A stretch of 64,000 bases of DNA from an uncultured Methanobrevibacter sp. (lineage in GTDB: Archaea > Methanobacteriota > Methanobacteria > Methanobacteriales > Methanobacteriaceae): assembly GCF_900317865.1 (NCBI RefSeq), contig NZ_ONIK01000001.1, one strand, 5' to 3'. This document shows, piece by piece, positions 57,493 through 64,000 of this stretch; within the stretch, counting starts at the first letter, position 1, and each line of letters opens with the position of its first letter. Below the pieces are notes generated by a model, which ran no database searches, had not been told where the DNA came from, and worked only from the letters and a program-made list of their open reading frames with translations. The translations under genes and the position numbers were made by a program.

Positions 57493-58863
57493 TTATTGAG
57501 TATTTTCAAATACACTCATAGCTTTGATGATTTTTTCATCATCTAAAGGTTTGGCTTGTATTTGAAGACCTACTGGAATATCGTTAACTGTTCCTGCTGG
57601 AATGCTTCCTGCCGGAATACCTGCAAGGTTTGCAATAACGGTTAAAACGTCATAGGCATACATTTCCATAGGGTCCAATTCTTCACCAATTTCGTGAGGA
57701 AGTTTAGGAACGGTAGGACCTACAATCAGGTCAACATTTTCAAGCATTGAGTTGATTTCGTCACGAATAAGTGATCTTGCTCTAAGAGCTTTTTTATAGT
57801 ATTTTCCACTGAATTCAGCTTGTGCAATGTGAGAACCGATTTTAATTCTTCTTAAAACCTCGTCTCCGCAAACTTCTTCAATTCTGTAACCGTAATCTCT
57901 TCCGTCATATTTTCTTGTAGCTGAGAAGAATTCAACATAGTTAATCAAGTAATATGTAGGTAAACATAAGTCAATGTGATTAAATGAAACTTCTACAAGT
58001 TCAGCACCGGCATCAACTAATTTATTAATAGCTTTATTTACAGTTTTGTTAATTTCATCATCTGTTACTTCAATGAAATCATTACAGATAGCTATTTTCA
58101 TTCCTTCAAGGGATTTTTCTTCCAAACATTCAGTGAAGTCCGGTTCGTCCCAGTTTAATGTGGTACATTCGGTTTCATCATAGTCAACAATTGTATTTAA
58201 TGCAAGTGCAATTCCACTAACATCTTCTGCAAAAGGACCAATCTGGTCTAAACTCATGGATAAATCAAGTAAACCTTGTCTAGATACTGCACCATAAGTT
58301 GGCTTAAATCCAATAACACCACAGTGTGATGCAGGGTTTCTAATGGATCCACCAGTGTCTGAACCCAATGCTATATCACACATTTGAGCTGCAACAGCTG
58401 CAGCACTACCGCCTGATGATCCACCAGGGATTCTGCCTAAAGCATTAGGGTTTTGGGTTGGTCCATAATAAGAAGTTTCAGTTGAACTGCCTGCTGCAAA
58501 TTCGTCCATATTTGCAATACCAATAATTATCCCATCTTCTGCTAATATATTATCCACTACGGTTGCATTGTAACTTCCTAAATAATTTTCCAATGTTTTT
58601 GAAGCTGCAGAAATAATCAAGTCTTCTACATTAATATTTGCCTTAATACCAAATACTAAACCTGCTAAGCTTCCAACTTCTTCTCCATTAGCTATTTTTG
58701 CATCAATCGCTTCAGCTTGTTTCAATGCATTTTCTTCGTTTAATTCTATAAAAGCATTAATGGAGTCATTTTTTTCTTCAATAACTTTAAGGAAGTGTTC
58801 AACATTTTCCTTAGCGGTTAATTCTCCATTTTTGATGGAATTTAATTTTTCAATAACCTTCAT
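57493..58863 (-). CDS. gatA: Glutamyl-/aspartyl-tRNA amidotransferase subunit A
   Basis: Amidase signature GGSSGGSAAAVAA...GSDTGGSIRNPASHCG. Confidence 0.9.
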   Translation of the reverse strand: MKVIEKLNSIKNGELTAKENVEHFLKVIEEKNDSINAFIELNEENALKQAEAIDAKIANGEEVGSLAGLVFGIKANINVEDLIISAASKTLENYLGSYNATVVDNILAEDGIIIGIANMDEFAAGSSTETSYYGPTQNPNALGRIPGGSSGGSAAAVAAQMCDIALGSDTGGSIRNPASHCGVIGFKPTYGAVSRQGLLDLSMSLDQIGPFAEDVSGIALALNTIVDYDETECTTLNWDEPDFTECLEEKSLEGMKIAICNDFIEVTDDEINKTVNKAINKLVDAGAELVEVSFNHIDLCLPTYYLINYVEFFSATRKYDGRDYGYRIEEVCGDEVLRRIKIGSHIAQAEFSGKYYKKALRARSLIRDEINSMLENVDLIVGPTVPKLPHEIGEELDPMEMYAYDVLTVIANLAGIPAGSIPAGTVNDIPVGLQIQAKPLDDEKIIKAMSVFENTQ

Positions 58864-58969
58864 TAAAACACCTTAGATAAATATAATAGATATAATTATA
58901 TTTTTTAATGTTTATATAAGTTAGTTTTTTTAAAATGTGTTTAGTTCATTAATGCTATCTGAAATTATT

Positions 58970-59000
58970 TTATCTATGATGTGCAAGAATACCCTGATCT
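58970..59000 (+). repeat. 31-bp repeat element, copy B
   Basis: ttatctatgatgtgcaagaatAccctgaTct. See copy A at 28214-28244. Confidence 0.85.
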
Positions 59001-59240
59001 GTTGGGGATGAATTGCACAAAAAAGTAAGGGGATGATTACTTGTCAAATTCTCTCTTACTATTCCTTTTATATATTTTTCAAGGTATAAATTATTATATC
59101 TATTTTTCAATTTATTTTTTTGTTTAAAAATAATGGATATTAATAATAAAGTGTGAATAGTGGTTGATTTTTCATGTGCTCTGATGTTAATGTTGTTAAT
59201 AAAGGTGTAAAGGTTAAATTATTATGATGATATGATATAA

Positions 59241-59402
59241 TGTATTCATCAAAATATTGGTAACGCTAGATTTGTAAGGAACAAATTATTAAAAGAATAT
59301 CAAGATACTTTTGCTTTGTTTAAACAATACGGTTATCATAAATTACAGTACAATTATAGAACTTTCAACACAATGCTCAGCATATTGAAATCGATGAAAT
59401 AA
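59241..59402 (+). pseudogene. C-terminal remnant of an AAA+ (SpoVK/CbbX-like) ATPase gene
   Basis: Short ORF ...HQNIGNARFVRNKLLKEYQDTFALFKQYGY.... GNARFVRN is the sensor-2 region motif of that family. No upstream part is present. Confidence 0.35.
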
Positions 59403-59405
59403 TGA

Positions 59406-59498
59406 ACCTCTGGAGCGGGGGGGATAGCACGGTAATTCTATTCTCAATAGAGAGTACTAGCCCGTGAAGTAATAATCTCGACTTCTACAAATTGAGGT
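59406..59498 (+). ncRNA. GC-rich island, candidate structured RNA of unknown class
   Basis: Nested pairings acctc/gaggt (59406-10 / 59494-98), cacgg/ccgtg (59428-32 / 59462-66) and tctatt/aataga (59437-42 / 59446-51). A G7 run sits in otherwise AT-rich intergenic DNA. Confidence 0.25.
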
Positions 59499-59542
59499 AG
59501 TTCAATAAAGGAATATATTTAATTTTTTTTAAAATAATGTAC

Positions 59543-59597
59543 TTATAACTTATAACTTATAATTATAATTTTTCTTGTATAACTTATAACTTATAAC
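59543..59597. repeat. Two blocks of tandem TTATAAC heptamers upstream of the 59641 gene
   Basis: ttataac ttataac ttataat (59543-63) and gtataac ttataac ttataac (59577-97). Confidence 0.85.
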
Positions 59598-59640
59598 TAT
59601 CTCAAAACTTTTAAATATTAACAAGATTTTATTATTAAAC

Positions 59641-60435
59641 ATGAAAAAGGCTGTTGTATTTGATAATTCTGGGACATTGATTGAGCGTTATAGGGTTATT
59701 AAGGATGTTATGTCAGGAAATATTTTCACGGATATTAATTCACTTGATTTAATTGACCAAAATGACTCTTTAGCATTGGTTGTGCTTCAATATAATACAA
59801 ATAAATTGCTGGACTTAGATTCCAATACTTTGATTTCGGATGTTATTAAAGAATATGATATAGACTTTGATGTAAGTTTTACTAACTTTGAAACTACCAA
59901 AGATGAGATTAGGGAAATACTGTTAAATGAAAAATCAGCTGTTGTATCAGATATTACCGACGGCTTTCCAATTTTGAGAAAAAAAGTTCCTCAGATGGAG
60001 TTATGCAACGGATCAGCAGTTATAATTGATATGGATATTGGAATTATAGCTTATACGATTACTTCTGCAGGCAAGTTATTTGAAGGTGTTGTTGATACAG
60101 TAGACAATTTAAAATCAAAAGGTTATGAAATATTTTTAGCTTCCGGAGATAGAAAAGGAGCTATTAACCGACTAGCTGATATGCTGGATATTAGTAAGGA
60201 TAATGCCCATGGCAGTGTTTCTACTCGCGGTAAATGTAAGGTTGTAAAATCTCTCCAAGATGATGGCTATAAAGTAATGATGGTTGGAGACGGTTTAAAT
60301 GATGTTTTAGCATTTAAACAGGCTGACGTTAGTGTATTGACTGTTGAACAGCAGGAAGAAGTCTCACCTAAACTAATGGATAAAACTGACTATATCATTG
60401 AAAGCATTCGTGAAGTTAAAGATATTGATTTTTAA
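59641..60435 (+). CDS. HAD-superfamily, soluble P-type-ATPase-like hydrolase
   Basis: VVFDNSGTL (motif I), LASGDRK, MVGDGLNDVLAFKQADVS (P-type ATPase hinge-like). Confidence 0.7.
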   Translation: MKKAVVFDNSGTLIERYRVIKDVMSGNIFTDINSLDLIDQNDSLALVVLQYNTNKLLDLDSNTLISDVIKEYDIDFDVSFTNFETTKDEIREILLNEKSAVVSDITDGFPILRKKVPQMELCNGSAVIIDMDIGIIAYTITSAGKLFEGVVDTVDNLKSKGYEIFLASGDRKGAINRLADMLDISKDNAHGSVSTRGKCKVVKSLQDDGYKVMMVGDGLNDVLAFKQADVSVLTVEQQEEVSPKLMDKTDYIIESIREVKDIDF

Positions 60436-61154
60436 ATAATGTTTTCAATTACCTTTTTGCTTTTTAAGATGTTATCAAAATTATTCAGCTCTATAATTCC
60501 TTTTTTGACTTTTTTCAATAACTCTAAATCTAGAGTACCTTCACCTAATGTAATATGCTGGTCTTTTATTCCGTCATTATCGTTTAAATGGCAATAGGTT
60601 ATGTCTTTTAGGTTAAGCAATTCCTCCGTATTTCCTGTTGTATTTCCATGTCCCACATCTATGGTCAAATTACATCCGCATTCGCTTTTAATCATTTCAA
60701 GTTCTTCTATTTTGTTTCCAAGAAATGCCTGACGAACTGGCAGATTTTCAACAGAAATTATCACATTATCAGCATAGTCAACTAAATCGGAAATGCTTTC
60801 ACATGCAAGTTCCAGTGCTGCTTTTCTTAGTGGCGGATCGTTTCTGCCGATTTTACCTGCATGAAGGGTTATTGCATGAGCATTAATTTTTTCTGCATAA
60901 TCTATACATTCCTTCATTTGTTTTACACTTTCAGCCCTAATGCCCTCATTTAAACTGGCTATGTTGATATCAACAGTCGGAGCATGAATTGACACTTCCA
61001 GACCACAGTCTTTAAATGCCATAGTGTTTTCCTTTTTAAAAAATGGTGATTCTCCAAGTATTTCTATCATATCAAAATTATATTTATGTGCTTTTCTGAT
61101 AATTTCTAAGTTGTCGTCCATAAACATGGACAGTGTTGTGAAGCCTACTTTCAT
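60432..61154 (-). CDS. Xylose-isomerase-like TIM-barrel protein (sugar phosphate isomerase/epimerase family)
   Basis: IEILGE...HAPT.DINIAS...ITLHAG...VENL...DVGH pattern. Confidence 0.65.
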   Translation of the reverse strand: MKVGFTTLSMFMDDNLEIIRKAHKYNFDMIEILGESPFFKKENTMAFKDCGLEVSIHAPTVDINIASLNEGIRAESVKQMKECIDYAEKINAHAITLHAGKIGRNDPPLRKAALELACESISDLVDYADNVIISVENLPVRQAFLGNKIEELEMIKSECGCNLTIDVGHGNTTGNTEELLNLKDITYCHLNDNDGIKDQHITLGEGTLDLELLKKVKKGIIELNNFDNILKSKKVIENII

Positions 61155-61223
61155 ATTTATATATTAGATTATCATATATAATAAATGTTGATATATGTCA
61201 AAATTTTACATAAGTGATAAGTT

Positions 61224-61613
61224 ATGAAAGAATTAAATGAAAGTCATATAAAGATTTTAAAGCATTTTTCCAATGGTATAACTCATAATTTAATCTTATG
61301 GATTATTTCCAAAGGATCCATTCATGGATATGGAATCATGAAAAAATTAGATGATTTTTTTGACTTTGGAAATGATAATTGTGAGTTAAAATCCTCCTCC
61401 AGTAAGGTTTATCCGATTTTGAGAAAAATGGAAAGCAATGGTCTTATCCTTGGTGAATGGCAAACCGTCAATAACAAAAGGGTAAAGTATTATTCTATTA
61501 CTGAAGATGGAGAAATTGTTTTAAATCATATTAAAAGTAATATGATAAATGTATTGGAAAATCCATCATGGTTATCCTTTATTGAAGATATGACTGGAAG
61601 AAAAGTTAAATAG
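61224..61613 (+). CDS. PadR-family transcriptional regulator
   Basis: GYGIMKKL...SKVYPILRKMESNGLILGEWQTVNNKRVKYYSITEDG. Confidence 0.8.
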   Translation: MKELNESHIKILKHFSNGITHNLILWIISKGSIHGYGIMKKLDDFFDFGNDNCELKSSSSKVYPILRKMESNGLILGEWQTVNNKRVKYYSITEDGEIVLNHIKSNMINVLENPSWLSFIEDMTGRKVK

Positions 61614-61623
61614 GAGAATTTAT

Positions 61624-62667
61624 ATGAACGCAATTGAAACAAAAAACCTTACAAAAGTTTATAAAAATTTCACTGCAGTAAATTCCCTAAATTTAGAGGT
61701 TCCTGATAATACCATTTTCGGAATGTTAGGTCCGAATGGTGCCGGTAAAACTACAACAATCAAAATGTTAACTTGTTTAATCCAACCAACTTCTGGTGAA
61801 GCTACTGTTGGAGGTTACGATATTAAGAATAATCCTGATGAAGTTAGAAGACTTTTAGGTATGGTGCCTCAACAGGTTAGTTTATACAAGGATTTAACAG
61901 TTATGGAAAACTCTCAACTATGCGCTGACTACTATGGAATTGATCCTAATGAAAGGGATTCTCGTATTGAAGATTTAATGGAACTTGTAGATATTAAATA
62001 TGCAAAAGATAAATTAGTTTCCCAGCTGTCCGGAGGCCAAAAGCAAAAAGCTTCTCTTGTAGCTAGTCTGGTTCACAGACCCAAGATATTATTTTTGGAT
62101 GAACCGACTATCGGACTTGATCCTACAACTAAAAGAACATTGTGGGATTTAATCCGGGAATTGAATGATAATGGCCATACCATTATTTTATGTTCTCATG
62201 ATATGCATGAAGTTGATATGTTATGTGATAATGTTGGAATCATTAATACAGGTAATTTGGTGGCTTATGATACGCCACAAGGCCTTAAAGATGCACTTTT
62301 GGAGTCAAACAAAAAAGAAATTTCAGATACGTTATCTCAGATTTCAGCTGAAAGTGATGTTAGCACTTCAACAAAAGAGGATGTTGATAATTTATCTTTA
62401 AGGAAAATGTCTTTTTTACTTAAAAGCAATGATGATGATATTATCAATTCATTAAAACATAATTCTCATGTTAAAAGTATTGAAATAGCTCATAATGGTC
62501 GTGTTAATTTAAGAATTGATTATTTTGATGATGATGCTGTTAACAGTGTTTTGGATAGTGTAATTAATTCAAATGGTGTAATTAAATCAATTACAACTGA
62601 AGAACCGTCCCTTGAGGATGTTTTTATTAAATCCACATCTGAGGTGAATGAAGATGATAGAGTTTAA
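61624..62667 (+). CDS. ABC transporter ATP-binding protein (ABC-2/DrrA-like) with a C-terminal extension
   Basis: GPNGAGKTT, LSGGQKQK, ILFLDEPT, H-loop CSHDM. Confidence 0.9.
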   Translation: MNAIETKNLTKVYKNFTAVNSLNLEVPDNTIFGMLGPNGAGKTTTIKMLTCLIQPTSGEATVGGYDIKNNPDEVRRLLGMVPQQVSLYKDLTVMENSQLCADYYGIDPNERDSRIEDLMELVDIKYAKDKLVSQLSGGQKQKASLVASLVHRPKILFLDEPTIGLDPTTKRTLWDLIRELNDNGHTIILCSHDMHEVDMLCDNVGIINTGNLVAYDTPQGLKDALLESNKKEISDTLSQISAESDVSTSTKEDVDNLSLRKMSFLLKSNDDDIINSLKHNSHVKSIEIAHNGRVNLRIDYFDDDAVNSVLDSVINSNGVIKSITTEEPSLEDVFIKSTSEVNEDDRV

Positions 62668-63814
62668 AAAATTTGGATGGATGATAAAAAAAGAGTTGAT
62701 TTCACTTAAAAGACACCCTGTTCGTCTGGTTTCCATTATTGCATTCCCGATAATCATGATTTTACTTTTTGGTTATGGTATGGGTGGAGACATGACGGAT
62801 TTACCTATTGTTGTTGTAAGTCAGTCTCATGGTGATTTGACAGATTTAACATTGGATACAATTAAATCAACAGAGACGTATCATGTTGTTAAAGTAATGG
62901 ATGACCAGCAAAAAGCAGAAAAAATGGTGGATAATGGTGAAGTTAAAGCTGCTATTATAATGCCTAAGGATTATGATGATACAAACTCGTCGAATCAAAA
63001 AGCGGTAACGCTGTATCTGGATTCCTCAGATCAGATGGCTTCACAAATTTTGGATTCATCAACTCAGTCAATATTTTATAGATTATCCAATATGGCAGCC
63101 TCAGGCTCTGTTACTGCAGTTAGTGAAAATTCAACAGCTGCTCCAACTTTATCCCATCAGTTAAATAATTTTAAAGACGATATTAGTCTTCATATTAATA
63201 GAATCTATGGAAATATTAAATATATTGACTTTTTGGTGCCTGCAATCTTGGGTATGACTATTATGATGAGTTGTATGATGGGTATGGGTGCAACTATTGC
63301 TGGTGAAAGAGAAACCGGTGAACTGGCACGTTTATTCATGACACCAACATCTGTAGCTACTGTTATTGGTGGAAAAATTGCTGCAAAATTACTTATTGAG
63401 CTTGTAAGAGCATTAATATTAATTTTCATGGCAATACTGTTATTCCATGTAAGTATTAAGGGTGGTGTATTGCAGACATTCATTGTTTTAGTATTTGGAG
63501 CTCTGTGTTTTGTTGGTTTTGGTATAATGTTGTCTGCAAGAACCCAAACTCAGGAAGATTATGCCCAAATTGTCATGCCTTTTTCAATGCCTATGATGTT
63601 TGTTTCAGGAGTGTTTTATCCGATTGAAACAATGCCTTGGATTTTACAAAAATTGGCTTATATTTTCCCATTAACTTATTTAAATGATGCAATGAGAGGA
63701 ATAATGCTTAAAGGTCAATCATTAGGTGATGTTTGGTTTGATTTAGTTATTCTTTTAGGTTATACTTTAGTATTCTTTATAATTGGAGTAAAAAGATTTA
63801 ACAGAGATGTTTAG
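62648..63814 (+). CDS. ABC-2-type transporter permease
   Basis: An N-terminal TM helix, a large extracytoplasmic loop and 5 C-terminal TM helices. Overlaps the ATPase gene by 20 nt. Confidence 0.85.
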   Translation: MKMIEFKKFGWMIKKELISLKRHPVRLVSIIAFPIIMILLFGYGMGGDMTDLPIVVVSQSHGDLTDLTLDTIKSTETYHVVKVMDDQQKAEKMVDNGEVKAAIIMPKDYDDTNSSNQKAVTLYLDSSDQMASQILDSSTQSIFYRLSNMAASGSVTAVSENSTAAPTLSHQLNNFKDDISLHINRIYGNIKYIDFLVPAILGMTIMMSCMMGMGATIAGERETGELARLFMTPTSVATVIGGKIAAKLLIELVRALILIFMAILLFHVSIKGGVLQTFIVLVFGALCFVGFGIMLSARTQTQEDYAQIVMPFSMPMMFVSGVFYPIETMPWILQKLAYIFPLTYLNDAMRGIMLKGQSLGDVWFDLVILLGYTLVFFIIGVKRFNRDV

Positions 63815-63825
63815 GAGGTTTAATA

Positions 63826-64000
63826 ATGTATAAAAAATTTAGTATAGCTATTGTTATTGTATTAATTTGTTTAACTCCAATTGCCGGTGCAGATTGGATT
63901 TCTTTTGGTCATGATTATACACATGCAGGATTTGTTAAAGATGAGTCTGACTTTGTTACTAACATATGGAATTTTAATTTTGGCTCACCAATTTTTTCAT
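63826..64000 (+). CDS. Secreted protein, probable PQQ-like beta-propeller repeat protein (3' part outside the window)
   Basis: SD aggagg. MYKKFSIAIVIVLICLTPIAGADWISFGHDYTHAGFV resembles the start of PQQ-like repeat proteins. Confidence 0.55.
   Translation, partial: MYKKFSIAIVIVLICLTPIAGADWISFGHDYTHAGFVKDESDFVTNIWNFNFGSPIFS

Noticed and set aside
59224-59290. ATGATGA (C-box-like) sequence, a possible C/D box sRNA.
   Set aside because: No CUGA D/D' boxes at appropriate spacing and no terminal stem.
59406-59498. tRNA or tRNA fragment in the GC-rich island.
   Set aside because: No cloverleaf can be drawn: there is no GTTC-type T-loop and no 7-bp acceptor stem with a D-arm. It is kept only as an unknown structured-RNA candidate.

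Overview
Strongly AT-rich archaeal chromosomal segment. The gene content is an HMf-type archaeal histone, Orc1/Cdc6, the PolD small subunit, a CTP-type archaeal riboflavin kinase, a TfrA-like flavoprotein, CbiX/CfbA-type chelatases, scattered cobamide (cbi) genes and several very large adhesin-like proteins (ALPs). This points to a Methanobacteriales methanogen, most like Methanobrevibacter. Most of the window is housekeeping metabolism (purE, thiL, pyrB, hisG, gatA, ribK/ribB, cbiB/G/H). Main observations: (1) a textbook FMN (RFN) riboswitch in front of an archaeal-type ribB, immediately after ribK. (2) A chromosomal replication origin, with inverted ORB/mini-ORB boxes carrying G-rich flanks around an AT-rich stretch, about 1.3 kb upstream of orc1/cdc6, plus perfect outlying copies of the box elsewhere. 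(3) An island of four paralogous polytopic DUF2142/GT-C-like membrane proteins plus a GtrA-like protein. It abuts a Tex-like gene that has no stop codon of its own. (4) Two neighbouring His-tract CbiX-type chelatases, one single-module and one tandem-fused, separated by insertion sequence (IS) debris. (5) Four ALP genes, including a 3831-aa giant with a near-identical 768-bp tandem array, one ALP with a glycoside-hydrolase-like TIM barrel, and one that needs a non-canonical start codon. (6) A domain-permuted CbiA/CobQ-like amidotransferase. (7) Two co-transcribed class-III-signal-peptide (pilin-like) Cys/His-rich proteins. (8) Decayed IS1182-like elements, a GC-rich candidate structured RNA and several short repeat families. 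No rRNA, tRNA or CRISPR array was seen. All calls rest on reading the translations and motifs by eye; no searches were run.
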